Shown one piece after another: positions 25,886 to 35,291 of a stretch of 64,000 nt of DNA. A program made the position numbers and the translations under genes. The notes under the pieces were generated by a model. That model was given only the letters and a program-made list of their open reading frames with translations. It did no database searches and was not told where the DNA came from. Source of the DNA: Dehalococcoidia bacterium (GTDB taxonomy: Bacteria; Chloroflexota; Dehalococcoidia; Lucifugimonadales; CAJWER01); NCBI GenBank assembly GCA_965261325.1, contig CBDHCU010000001.1, forward strand, positions 357,620 to 421,619. Reading direction: 5' to 3'. Positions within the stretch are counted from its first letter, which is position 1; every line of letters starts with the position of its first letter.

Positions 25886-26713
25886 ATGGCAGAGACTATC
25901 CGGACAACGGCAACGCCCGACTACACGATGGGCTTCAGCGAAGAGATGCTGGAGTCTCTCAGGCGATACACCGCGGAGGCGAGCGCGGCCTACCTGCTCC
26001 CCTATCTCAGGCCCGGCCTTCGCGTTCTCGACTTCGGCTGCGGGCCGGGCACCATATCGGTGGGACTGGCCAAGGCCGTTGATCCGGGCGAGCTGCACGG
26101 CGTGGACATGGAGGGGTCGCAGATAGAATTGGCGAGGTCGGTTGCCGAGTCCCAGGGACGGGAGAACGCGGTATTCCACGTTGCCGACGTGACCGATATG
26201 CCCTTCGAGGATGGCTTCTTCGACGTGGCCCACTGCCACAACGTCCTCATGCACATCCCGGACACCGGAGCCGTGCTGGCCGAGGTGAAGCGGGTCCTGA
26301 AGCCCGGCGGCGTGATTGGCTGCCGGGAGATGATATGCGGGTCGAGCTTCACGCACCCCGACTTCGGCGTCATCAGGGATGCTTGGGACATGTTCGAAGA
26401 CCTTCTGGCAGCCGACGACGGCCACCCTCAGGTTGGGAAGGAGTTGAAGGGACACATCCTGGCGGCCGGATTCGAGAACGTCCGGGCAGTCAATTCTTTC
26501 GACATCTACAGCAGTCCCAAAGACGTGGCCTTCATCTACGAATTCGCCAACAAGTGGTTTCTGGCGCCGGAGATCATGGAGGCGGCTATAAAGTACGGGG
26601 CAGCCACCGAGGAGCTGTGCAACGCCATTCGTGACGCCTACGACCGTTGGAAGGACCATCACGGGGCCTTGTGCGCCCTAGCCTTCGGCGAAGTAGTCGC
26701 CAACAAGCCGTAA
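25886..26713 (+). CDS. Class I SAM-dependent methyltransferase (Methyltransf_11/25-like)
   Basis: 275 aa. Motif I is LRVLDFGCGPGTISVGLA, post-I is GVDMEGSQIELAR, and motif II/III is FDVAHCHNVLMHIPD...LKPGGVIGCRE. Confidence 0.8.
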   Translation: MAETIRTTATPDYTMGFSEEMLESLRRYTAEASAAYLLPYLRPGLRVLDFGCGPGTISVGLAKAVDPGELHGVDMEGSQIELARSVAESQGRENAVFHVADVTDMPFEDGFFDVAHCHNVLMHIPDTGAVLAEVKRVLKPGGVIGCREMICGSSFTHPDFGVIRDAWDMFEDLLAADDGHPQVGKELKGHILAAGFENVRAVNSFDIYSSPKDVAFIYEFANKWFLAPEIMEAAIKYGAATEELCNAIRDAYDRWKDHHGALCALAFGEVVANKP

Positions 26714-26803
26714 TCCCGGACAGCACCAGGACAAGGAGAAGAGAAACTGACACAACCGGAGTCTTCAACGCCCTATTCCGATATAAGCTACGGCGAAGCG
26801 CTT

Positions 26804-27568
26804 GTGCAGCTATCGCGGTTGCACACTGCCGAGGCCAATGCCGCCTATCTGCTGCCGCAGTTGAGGCCGGGACTCCGTCTGCTCGACTTCGGCTGCGGCC
26901 GTGGCAGCATATCGGCGGGCTTGGCGAAGACCATCGCGCCCGGGGAGCTGCACGGGGTTGACGTGGACGAGGCGCAAATTGAACTGGCCCGGTCCCTTGC
27001 CGGTTCGGCCGGGATATGCAACGCCGTATTCCACGTTGGGGACTTAACGGCCCTTCCCTTCCCGGAGGGCTTTTTCGACGTGGCCCATTGCCACAACGCT
27101 TTGATAGGCGCCCCGGATACCCAAGCCGTGCTGGCAGAAGTGAAGCGGACGCTGAAACCCGGCGGCATAATCGCCTGCCGAGAAATGATTTCCGGATCGA
27201 GCTTCTTCTATCCCGACATGGGGGCTATGAGGACGGCATGGGACGTGTTCGAGGACGTGTTGGTCCTTGACGGTGGACATCCCCAGGCGGGGAAGGACCT
27301 GAAAAGCCGGATCCTGGAGGCCGGGTTCACGAACCTACGCGTAACCGCTTCTTTTGACACCTACAGCGCGCCGACGGATGTGGCGTTCATTCACTCTCTC
27401 GCCAAGCAATGGTTGTTGTCGCGGGATATGAGAGAGGGGCTCAGCAGCTACGGCTTGCCCACGGATCAGTTGTGGGACAGGGTGAACGCCGCCATCGACG
27501 AGTGGAAGAACTTCCCCGACGCGGCTATTGCCTTCGCCTACGGCGAGGTCGTGGCGAGCAGGCCGTAG
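26804..27568 (+). CDS. Class I SAM-dependent methyltransferase, tandem paralog
   Basis: Collinear with the upstream gene (LRLLDFGCGRGSISAGLA, FDVAHCHNALIGAPD, LKPGGIIACRE). The frame is open from 26714, and homology to the paralog (YSDISYGEALVQL versus DYTMGFSEEMLESL) extends upstream of the GTG at 26804. The true start is therefore probably a non-ATG codon near 26747, downstream of AAGGAG at 26733-26738. Confidence 0.75.
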   Translation: MQLSRLHTAEANAAYLLPQLRPGLRLLDFGCGRGSISAGLAKTIAPGELHGVDVDEAQIELARSLAGSAGICNAVFHVGDLTALPFPEGFFDVAHCHNALIGAPDTQAVLAEVKRTLKPGGIIACREMISGSSFFYPDMGAMRTAWDVFEDVLVLDGGHPQAGKDLKSRILEAGFTNLRVTASFDTYSAPTDVAFIHSLAKQWLLSRDMREGLSSYGLPTDQLWDRVNAAIDEWKNFPDAAIAFAYGEVVASRP

Positions 27569-27714
27569 CCCGCAACCTCTGCGCTGGACCGTCGAGTCCA
27601 GTGACAACGACGCCCTGACCGGTCCCCGTTCTCCTTCGCAACCGCGCTGTGCGTCTGACGAACCGGTTATGCTCTCTCCGCTCCCAACAGCGCTGCCGTC
27701 GGCCGCCCCGTTGG

Positions 27715-28188
27715 CTACTCGGACATCTCACTAGCAGCGTGGTTAGCGATTATCCTGGCAGTGACTGACACGAAGACCCGCATCTCCTCCTCGCCGATGC
27801 CCTCCGTGAGTATGACGTAGTAGCGCTGCATTTCTTGGGAGATACGGGAAGCTACTTCCCTCCCCTCTTCGCTCAACCTCAGCATGACGATGCGCCGGTC
27901 GCTGCGCAGGCGCCGCCTGCGCAGCAGGCCCTTCTCGACCAGCCCGGTAACTATGCGGCTTATGCGCGCGGCGTCTACCGGCAGAACCTGCGCCAGCTTG
28001 GTAGCTGTGTATTCCCTCTCCAGGCAATACGAGAGAAGACTGTACTCCAGGCTGGTGATGCCGTGGGGCGCCACCTTTAGCACCATTGACTTGTCAAGTA
28101 TGTTGAACAGATCGCCTACATACCATCCCAGGTTGGCCACCGTATCTTCGATCCGGCGGTCAGGATCGTCTTGCGGTTCTCGGTTCAT
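27715..28188 (-). CDS. MarR-family transcriptional regulator
   Basis: 157 aa. The winged-helix pattern reads LEYSLLSYCLEREYTATKLAQVLPVDAARISRIVTGLVEKGLLRRRRLRSDRRIVMLRLSEEGREV. Confidence 0.8.
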   Translation of the reverse strand: MNREPQDDPDRRIEDTVANLGWYVGDLFNILDKSMVLKVAPHGITSLEYSLLSYCLEREYTATKLAQVLPVDAARISRIVTGLVEKGLLRRRRLRSDRRIVMLRLSEEGREVASRISQEMQRYYVILTEGIGEEEMRVFVSVTARIIANHAASEMSE

Positions 28189-28220
28189 CGTTCCTCGACT
28201 AACCTCGGTACAGGGTATCA

Positions 28221-28343
28221 GAACTGTTCAGACTTCGTGAATGTCTGCTCGACCGGCAGCGTCATCAATAGCCCAACGCAGCTTTGAGCCAGCCGTATCC
28301 CCACGCTCCGGGGGCATTCGTCTCATCGACTCTGAACAGTTAC
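28221..28343. mobile_element. MITE-C candidate copy 2
   Basis: gaactgttcagac at 28221-28233 pairs with tctgaacagttac at 28331-28343. These are the same termini as at 5604-5860, with an unrelated interior. Confidence 0.4.
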
Positions 28344-28360
28344 GCATCGGATTATTGCTC

Positions 28361-28436
28361 TTGACAAACAGTGTGAACACATGTATTGTATCGACGCATT
28401 AGTTTTACTTGACAAGGACTGTTTTATACATATAGT
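28361..28436 (+). promoter_or_regulatory. Two tandem sigma70-like promoters in an AT-rich island, facing giant gene 2
   Basis: P1 is TTGACA (28361-28366), a 17-nt spacer, then TATTGT (28384-28389). P2 is TTGACA (28409-28414), a 16-nt spacer, then TATAGT (28431-28436). The 28350-28470 stretch is conspicuously AT-rich in an otherwise GC-rich window. Confidence 0.45.
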
Positions 28437-28478
28437 GTATTGCACAGCCCATGTGCTTTGCAAGCATAGACGGAGACC

Positions 28479-28599
28479 CCAAATCCCCCACCTACACATT
28501 CGGCGCCATATCTATCAGCCATCACCCCGTAGGGGCTGGTTTCAAACCAGCCCTCCCCTTGCCATTAGGGCGTCGCCGCCATTTAGGTGGTGGATCTGG
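28479..28599. mobile_element. MITE-D copy 2 (right TIR degenerate)
   Basis: ccaaatcccccacctacacattcggcgccatatctatcagccatcaccccgtaggggctggtttcaaaccagccctccccttgccatta... is almost identical to 23174-23295. The right end reads taggtggtggatctgg. Confidence 0.75.
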
Positions 28600-28879
28600 G
28601 GAGACCGAGCGGTGGCCGTTACGGGATTGTCACATTTGGTTAGTGTCCGTTAAGGAAGGGTCGGTATCGTCAGAAGACACGGAGGCTGGGCCGACGTACT
28701 GAATCAGGCGATAGTCCCGCTAGTCACTGCGTTCGGCGGGGCATTCATCACAGGCACGGGTACCAGGGGATCGGCCAAAACGACAGTAAGACACAGCCGC
28801 AGCGCCCGAACGGCGGAGAGGCCCGCGGACCTGGGACACCTGTTCGCCAGTCTGACGGCCGCAATGAAGGAGAAATGAA

Positions 28880-31800
28880 ATGAATATGCTCGCAGGCAAC
28901 CATCGTTCGACGATCAAGTTGATACGTTTGGCTACAGCGCTGACTTTCCTTATAGCCGCGTCGGCTGTGGCCCTCCTGCTCTCCTCACACACAGCTTCCG
29001 CGCAGGAGACGGGAACGGAAGCGGACACGGCGCCCACGGTGTCGGACGCGTCGGCGCTGCGGACCCACATCGTCGAGGTCGGCCAGTGGTTCAGCGTCAC
29101 GCTGCCGGCGGCGGACGAGGGCAGCGGCAACGGCGGCCCGTACAACTACAACGTCTGGCACCAGGGGCAGGCGGCCAGCTTCACCAACGGGATCGACGGC
29201 ATCACCTTCGACCCGGATGCGCGAACTCTCTCCGGCACGCCGCAACAGACAGGCCTGTACCAGATGAGCTACGTTGTCCACGACGGCGACGGCAACCGCG
29301 ACCGCACAGACGCCTTCCGCAATCGCGATGACCTGCGCGTCGAGGTGACCGCGCCGGCGCCGGAGCCGACGCCCGAACCCACACCTACTCCCACGCCCAC
29401 ACCTACTCCCACGCCCACACCTACTCCCACGCCCACACCTACTCCCACGCCCACACCTACTCCCACGCCCACGCCTACTCCCACGCCCACACCTACTCCC
29501 ACGCCCACACCTACTCCCACGCCCACGCCTACTCCCACGCCCACGCCTACTCCCACGCCCACCCCCGAACCTGAGGTCCCGCCCTACTTCCCGGCGAGCG
29601 TGGACAACTACCAATTCACGCAAGGGCAGGACATCGGGACGGTGGCCTTGCCCGAGGCCGCGGGCGGCGCAGGCGACTTCACCTACGCCCTGTCTCCCGC
29701 ACTGCCGACCGGCCTGTCCTTCGACCCCGCCAACCGCGCCCTCACCGGCACGCCGGCGGACGGCGAGCCCAGCGTTCACCCGATGACCTACACCGCCACT
29801 GACGCCGACGTGGCCCAGGTAGAGTTGACCTTCACCATTGAGGTGCTGCCCGGCGCCGCGCCGCCCGAGGGCCAATCCTCGTATCCCGCACCCCCAGAGG
29901 TGACCGACCTGACCACCGAAAACGTCCCTTCCTCAGCGGCTACCGGCGTCACCCGGCTCAGCTGGGCCCCCTCCCCCGGCAACGACTACTTTGACTCCAT
30001 GGATTACACCGTCATGGTCAGGGTGAAGGGCGACACTGTCAGCAACCCAGTCGAAACCCAGCGGGAAACCGACAGGAACATTACCAGCATGGAATGGGAC
30101 GGCCTCGCTTACAATATCGACCATCAGTTCCGGTTGCGGGCAAACGGCTCCCTCGGAAGCGTCGTCTATGCCGGCAACCTGCACGAGTGGACCGACTTCA
30201 CCACCGCCCCCGGCCCCATGCCGACCGACCTGACCGTAGAGCGGGAAAGAGTCGGGGGAACCGACCCCCCCAAATTGAGAGCCAGATGGACCAGCGTGGC
30301 GCCGGCCGCCAATTATCAGTACCAATTCCGCAAGGTAGAAGAAGGCGCTTCCTGGGAAGGGCCTTTTGATACCGACTCGGCGGATACCACGCTCGTCGAT
30401 GGTGAAGCCAGCTCGCTCTACGAAGTCCAGGTACGCGCCACCGGTGAAGGCGTATGGAATCGTTGGACCGAGTCGGTACAGGCCCGGTTCAACCGCCCGC
30501 CGCAAAAGCAGGGCAACAGTGTTCACAATGACCGCACGGAGACTCAGGGCGCAGTATCTGCCCCTGAGGGAACTTGGAACATCTGGTTCAGTGACCCCGA
30601 TGGCGACACGCTGATTCCCTTTGCTGAATCCAGCGACCCCGCCCGGGTGTCCATCGGACAAATCTATGGCCTCGATCACGGGTACCTGTTCTCCCATGAG
30701 GCCCTCAACCAGGGACAAGCGACGCTCACCTACGGCGTCACCGACGGGTACGGCGGTAAATTCACCGAAGAGAAGTCTTACACCATTACCGTGACCCATT
30801 CGGAGACCCGTGAAATTGCCGAGAGGTCCCCGGGCCGGACTCCCGTGGGCGAGCCGGTAACCGGAGTTCCCTACGGGCGCGAAACGCTGGCCTACGCCCT
30901 GACCGGCGATGCGGCCGCGCCCGACGGCCCCTTCATCATAGATTCCGACAGCGGTCAAATCAGCGTAGCGCCCGGCGTCACCCTGCGCTACGAGGGTGAT
31001 TGGTGCCGGCCCGAGAGGAGCGGTCCGGCGGACACCAATATTTGCCAACCCCTGCCCGCGAACAAGTCCTTTACCGGCCAGGTGAGCTACACCGTGGGCG
31101 GCCAACCTTCGGCCATCGACCTCACAATCCGGGTGACCGAGGCCGTGGGCCCGGACGCGCCCGGCACGCCCACTGTTACCCGCACGCGCTTCAACGTCGA
31201 GACGCCTCCGGCCCTGGACGTGACCTGGACCGCCCCCAATACCAACGGCGTTGCGCTAACCGGCTACGAGGCGCAGTACCGCAAGCAGGGCGACGCCGAG
31301 TGGACCGACTACACCGGCTCCCTGGCGGCAGGCGCGACAACCCTCAACCTCCCGGACCTGCAACCCGGCGCTATCTATGAGGTGCAGGTGCGGGCAACAA
31401 GCGCCAGCGGCCCCGGCCTCTGGTCGGAGACCGGCGAGGGCCGGGCCAACCGGCCGCCGCAACCGGGCGCTTGGTCCTACGCAAACGCGGACTTAAAAGT
31501 CGGCGGCTGGTACCGTGACTGGTACCCCCAGAAGCGCTATTTCGACGATGCCGACGGCGACACTCTGACCTTCTTTACCGAATCCAGCAACCCAGCCTTG
31601 ATCAGTGCCTGGGTCGGTGACAACGGCAACACGATGAACCTCTCTATCGTCAATCCCGGCAGAGCGACCCTGACCTATGGGGTCGTCGACGGGTACGGAG
31701 GGAAAGTGTTCCGAGCCGTTGTTTATTCGGGGCGGGCCAACGGGGTACGGCGGGTGCCGGAGTCGCCCCGGGGCTACTACGTAGGCTACCCGGTGGCGGG

Positions 31801-34800
31801 CATCCAGACGGGGCATAACTACGCCATATCGCCCTACACCCTAACAGGCGAGGCCGCCGCAACCTTCGATATCAATCCGTCCAACGGCCAGATTACCCTG
31901 AAGCAGGGCCACACCCTGGACTACGAGACCAAAAACACCTACACCGGCCAGGTGGAATACACCGTAAACGACGGGGCAGCCGTTATCGGGCTGACCATCC
32001 AGGTTACCGACCTGCCGGCGCCGGACAAACCCCTGCCGCCCACGGTGATGCTGGTTGAGGGTTCCGATAGTTCGCTGAGCCTAGGCTGGAGGGCGCCCCG
32101 GAGCTACTACGCGCCCATCACCGATTACGACCTGCGCTACCGCCTGCGCGGCGGCAATTCCGGCTGGACTGAATACCCCTTCGAGGGCGCGGGCGTCTCG
32201 ACCGCGCTCACCGGCTTGACCAACGCGGGCAACTACGAGGCTCAAGTGCGGGCCACCAGTGCCGAAGGGACCAGCCCGTGGTCGGACAGCGGCTACATCG
32301 GCGCGGAGCCGCCGACAATCCCGCCCAACCCCACCATCACCATCACCGACGCTGATCCCGACCCGGACGGCGACGGCGACCCGCAAGAGCCGCCGACCGA
32401 AAACCCCGCTGGGGCGAACACCGCCCCCTACTTCACGAGGGCTGCATACTCGTACGTGGACGAGATGTCGGCGGCCGGCAGCGCCGTTGGCAGCCCTGTG
32501 ACGGCCATGGACGCGGAGAACGACACGCTGACCTACGACATCAGCGGGGCCGGCGAGTTCACAATAGACTCCGGCACCGGCCAGATCCGCGTGGCCGAGG
32601 GCGCGAGTCTTGCCCGCGCGACCACCCCGTCCTACGTCGTGAAGGTCAGCGTCAGCGACGGCAAGGACTCGACCGGCGCCGCGGACCCGTCCGTGGACGA
32701 TTCGCTGGAGGTTACCATCCATATCACCGACTCCGATCATCCCGGTCTCGAACTGACGCTGACGCTGGCTGGGCCAGTGGGGCCGCGCCTGACCGCCAAC
32801 CCGTTCGACGTTATCGCCACCTTCTCCGAGGCGCCGGGGCCGTATGACCTGGCTTCCGGCAACCTCAGGACTCCGCTCAACGCCCAGCAGAGCGGGGCGG
32901 TGGTGACCTTTTCCGGCGTACAGCCCAGTTACGGCGGTTCCCGCTGGGGCACCTCGCCCTACACTTCCCGGATTAGCGTCGGCTGGCGCGGCCTAACCGA
33001 GGAGTACAGCGTGAGCGTGGACCCGGACCCGCCGCAGGTATACCTTCTCTCCGGCCCGTCGGAAACCCAGAAAGGCGCCTTCACCGTGAATATCCAGCTG
33101 ACCGAAACCGTGGAGGGCTTCACGGCGGACGACCTGGACGTGAACATCGGCGAAGTCACTGCCCTGCGGAACACCGGCCAGTGGCTCTGGGAGGCGGACA
33201 TCCGCCCCAACGCCAACGGCGCGCTGACGGTGGACATCGCCGCGAACAAGTTCCAGGACGTGAGCGGCCACGACAACACGGCGGCCCAGCAGTATGCAGT
33301 GCAGGTTAGCCTCTCGCCGCCCACGCCGGGCGCGCCAAAGCTGCTCCGGTCCTCCGAGAACCGATTCATGATCCTGGACGTCCTCTGGGGCGCCCTCCAG
33401 ATTGTGGACGGCTCGCCCATCACCGGGTACGACGTGCGATACCAGCAAGCCGGCTCTGCGGAATGGACCAACCACCCGTTCGTTGGCGCAAACCCCATAA
33501 CCGCCCTCCGGGACCTGGCGGAAGGCACGACCTACCGGGCCCAGGTGCGGGCCAAGAACGTCCACGGCATCAGCGAGTGGTCTGCCCCGGGTGAAGGCTC
33601 CACGCTGCAGCCCCTCCCGGATCCCACCTCCTGGGAGATCGAGTTCGGGCGGAAAGACCTCGACATTATCTGCGACCCGAAGAAGGACCATTATCCTGGG
33701 ACCGGGGGCTACCAAGACCACAACGTCATCGCAGGAGGGGATACGGTATCTCCACAGCAGGTTGCCGAGGAGGTGGTCGTGTTGGACGCCTCTTGCGTGG
33801 ACGGCAACAACGTGTCCATAAGAGGTTCGGATAGAGAATCGGATTTCGAATGGACCTGGCAACAGACCGGCAGCGCCAACTTCCTTCCGTACTACAGCCT
33901 TAGCGGGGGAGGCTTTGCCGGCACTAAACGCTCCAAGGTAGGTGGAAGCGCCATCAGCTTCGATTGCGGCAATGATGGCTGGAGGCCGCCGCACGGGGAG
34001 TATGTGTTCGTGGTGACCGTTACCAAGAACGGGGAATTCTACCAGAAACAGTTCGTTTCGTTCACCATCGGGAATCCCACGCCGCCCGGCGGCGCGGGCG
34101 GTTCCGGCGACCCCGCCCCGGAGACTACAGCCGGCGCGGGCCCCGACCTGGCCGGCGCCCCCGGGCGGAGCGTGACCCTCCAGGGCACGGACAGCACGAA
34201 CCCCTACGGCGATTGGTGGGAGATGGAGCACCAGTGGACGCAACTGTCCGGGCCGACGGTCACCCTCAGCGACACCACCGTGGGCGCCCCCAGCTTCACG
34301 CTGCCGGGCGACGCGGAGGCGGGGACGACGCTGAAGTTCGAATTGACGGTCACGGATAAGGAAGGGGAATCCGACTCCGACACGGTGACGGTCACTGTAC
34401 TGCCAAAACTCAGGGCCTGCGCCGGGCCGGACCTTGCGGGAGCGCCGGGGAACGAGGTGACCCTACAGGGCCGGTGCAGCACGAACCCCTACGGCAAGTG
34501 GTACCAGATGGTCCACTCCTGGACCCAGCTGTCCGGGCCGACGGTCACGCTGAGCGATCCGACCAAGGGCGCCCCGACCTTCATCATCCCCGCCGACGCG
34601 GCCGAGGGGACGATGCTGGAGTTCCATCTGATTGTGACGGACAAGGAGGGCCAGTCCGACTCCGACACGATGATCGTCATGGTGGGCGCGCCGGAAGACA
34701 TCCGGCCCACGGCCTGCGCCGGGCCAGACCTGACGGGAGCGCCGGGGAGCCAGGTAACCCTGGAGGGCCGGTGCAGCACGAACCCCTACGGCGCGTGGTG

Positions 34801-35002
34801 GCGCATGCCCCACTCCTGGGCCCAACTGTCCGGGCCGACTGTCACCCTGAGCGATCCGACCAAGGGCGACCCCGCTTTCACCATCCCCGCCGACGCGGCG
34901 GACGGGATAATGTTGGTGTTCCAACTGACCGTCACCGACAAGGAGGACGAGTCCGACTTTGACACCGTAACCGTGACGGTACGGAGCGTGGGCGGCGGTT
35001 AG
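28880..35002 (+). CDS. Giant secreted adhesin-like protein 2 (2040 aa): putative-Ig (He_PIG-like) + PT linker + FN3 + cadherin + Ig-like + 3 C-terminal PKD-like modules
   Basis: AAGGAG RBS and signal peptide LIRLATALTFLIAASAVALLLSSHTASA-QE. A GGPYNYNV...ITFDPDARTLSGTPQQTGLYQMSYVVHDGDGN module is also present in gene 1 at ~20560-20760. FN3 signatures are present (YEVQVRATSASGPGLWS, YEAQVRATSAEGTSPWS, YRAQVRAKNVHGISEWS). There is one clear cadherin repeat (APYF...VTAMDAENDTLTYDISG...). Confidence 0.9.
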   Translation: MNMLAGNHRSTIKLIRLATALTFLIAASAVALLLSSHTASAQETGTEADTAPTVSDASALRTHIVEVGQWFSVTLPAADEGSGNGGPYNYNVWHQGQAASFTNGIDGITFDPDARTLSGTPQQTGLYQMSYVVHDGDGNRDRTDAFRNRDDLRVEVTAPAPEPTPEPTPTPTPTPTPTPTPTPTPTPTPTPTPTPTPTPTPTPTPTPTPTPTPTPTPTPTPTPTPTPTPEPEVPPYFPASVDNYQFTQGQDIGTVALPEAAGGAGDFTYALSPALPTGLSFDPANRALTGTPADGEPSVHPMTYTATDADVAQVELTFTIEVLPGAAPPEGQSSYPAPPEVTDLTTENVPSSAATGVTRLSWAPSPGNDYFDSMDYTVMVRVKGDTVSNPVETQRETDRNITSMEWDGLAYNIDHQFRLRANGSLGSVVYAGNLHEWTDFTTAPGPMPTDLTVERERVGGTDPPKLRARWTSVAPAANYQYQFRKVEEGASWEGPFDTDSADTTLVDGEASSLYEVQVRATGEGVWNRWTESVQARFNRPPQKQGNSVHNDRTETQGAVSAPEGTWNIWFSDPDGDTLIPFAESSDPARVSIGQIYGLDHGYLFSHEALNQGQATLTYGVTDGYGGKFTEEKSYTITVTHSETREIAERSPGRTPVGEPVTGVPYGRETLAYALTGDAAAPDGPFIIDSDSGQISVAPGVTLRYEGDWCRPERSGPADTNICQPLPANKSFTGQVSYTVGGQPSAIDLTIRVTEAVGPDAPGTPTVTRTRFNVETPPALDVTWTAPNTNGVALTGYEAQYRKQGDAEWTDYTGSLAAGATTLNLPDLQPGAIYEVQVRATSASGPGLWSETGEGRANRPPQPGAWSYANADLKVGGWYRDWYPQKRYFDDADGDTLTFFTESSNPALISAWVGDNGNTMNLSIVNPGRATLTYGVVDGYGGKVFRAVVYSGRANGVRRVPESPRGYYVGYPVAGIQTGHNYAISPYTLTGEAAATFDINPSNGQITLKQGHTLDYETKNTYTGQVEYTVNDGAAVIGLTIQVTDLPAPDKPLPPTVMLVEGSDSSLSLGWRAPRSYYAPITDYDLRYRLRGGNSGWTEYPFEGAGVSTALTGLTNAGNYEAQVRATSAEGTSPWSDSGYIGAEPPTIPPNPTITITDADPDPDGDGDPQEPPTENPAGANTAPYFTRAAYSYVDEMSAAGSAVGSPVTAMDAENDTLTYDISGAGEFTIDSGTGQIRVAEGASLARATTPSYVVKVSVSDGKDSTGAADPSVDDSLEVTIHITDSDHPGLELTLTLAGPVGPRLTANPFDVIATFSEAPGPYDLASGNLRTPLNAQQSGAVVTFSGVQPSYGGSRWGTSPYTSRISVGWRGLTEEYSVSVDPDPPQVYLLSGPSETQKGAFTVNIQLTETVEGFTADDLDVNIGEVTALRNTGQWLWEADIRPNANGALTVDIAANKFQDVSGHDNTAAQQYAVQVSLSPPTPGAPKLLRSSENRFMILDVLWGALQIVDGSPITGYDVRYQQAGSAEWTNHPFVGANPITALRDLAEGTTYRAQVRAKNVHGISEWSAPGEGSTLQPLPDPTSWEIEFGRKDLDIICDPKKDHYPGTGGYQDHNVIAGGDTVSPQQVAEEVVVLDASCVDGNNVSIRGSDRESDFEWTWQQTGSANFLPYYSLSGGGFAGTKRSKVGGSAISFDCGNDGWRPPHGEYVFVVTVTKNGEFYQKQFVSFTIGNPTPPGGAGGSGDPAPETTAGAGPDLAGAPGRSVTLQGTDSTNPYGDWWEMEHQWTQLSGPTVTLSDTTVGAPSFTLPGDAEAGTTLKFELTVTDKEGESDSDTVTVTVLPKLRACAGPDLAGAPGNEVTLQGRCSTNPYGKWYQMVHSWTQLSGPTVTLSDPTKGAPTFIIPADAAEGTMLEFHLIVTDKEGQSDSDTMIVMVGAPEDIRPTACAGPDLTGAPGSQVTLEGRCSTNPYGAWWRMPHSWAQLSGPTVTLSDPTKGDPAFTIPADAADGIMLVFQLTVTDKEDESDFDTVTVTVRSVGGG
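29351..29575 (+). repeat. Pro/Thr linker encoded by ~10 tandem 18-bp units
   Basis: After an APAPEPTPEPT lead-in, acacctactcccacgccc (TPTPTP) is iterated with a/g wobble between ~29381 and 29560, giving about 70 aa of (PT)n. Confidence 0.95.
34125..34999 (+). repeat. Three tandem C-terminal PKD-like modules (~97 aa each)
   Basis: The consensus is (C)AGPDL(A/T)GAPGxxVTL(Q/E)G(R/T)(C/D)STNPYGxW(W/Y)xMxH(Q/S)W(T/A)QLSGPTVTLSDxTxGxPxFxxPxDAxxGxxLxFxLxVTDKExxSDxDTxxVxV. Two modules carry the paired Cys. Confidence 0.8.
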
Positions 35003-35037
35003 CGGAAGAAATCGGGGGCCCCGGCCAGCGGGAAAAC

Positions 35038-35064
35038 GGAGGCGCAGGCTCAGCCTGCGCCTCC
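35038..35064 (+). terminator. GC-rich hairpin downstream of giant gene 2
   Basis: ggaggcgcagg-ctcag-cctgcgcctcc forms an 11-bp perfect stem with a 5-nt loop, 36 nt after the stop. There is no U-tract, so function is uncertain. Confidence 0.35.
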
Positions 35065-35154
35065 GTCACCGGGCGCCGCCACCTCCCACGTTCCCTTCGC
35101 CGCCACCTTCGTCGGCAACGGGGTATCTGAAGGCCTCCGGCGGTCATCTTCCGG

Positions 35155-35274
35155 CTAGTACTGCTTCAATCTAAATATGACAGAACCCTCGGATTGCCGT
35201 CATTCCCGCGAAAGCGGGAACCCAGAGGGGCGGGGGGCTGGACGTTCGCCAAAACTACCTGGAAACGGTACTAG
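35155..35274. mobile_element. MITE-A copy 2 (120 bp, lacks the inner hairpin)
   Basis: Same termini and body as 4712-4853, but the REP core is the short form cattcccgcgaaagcgggaaccc. Confidence 0.75.
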
Positions 35275-35291
35275 TAGCCCTTCGTTCACAG

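Noticed and set aside
25673-26662. 329-aa minus-strand ORF opposite the first methyltransferase
   Set aside because: It is antisense to a gene with clear SAM-binding motifs and has no motifs of its own.
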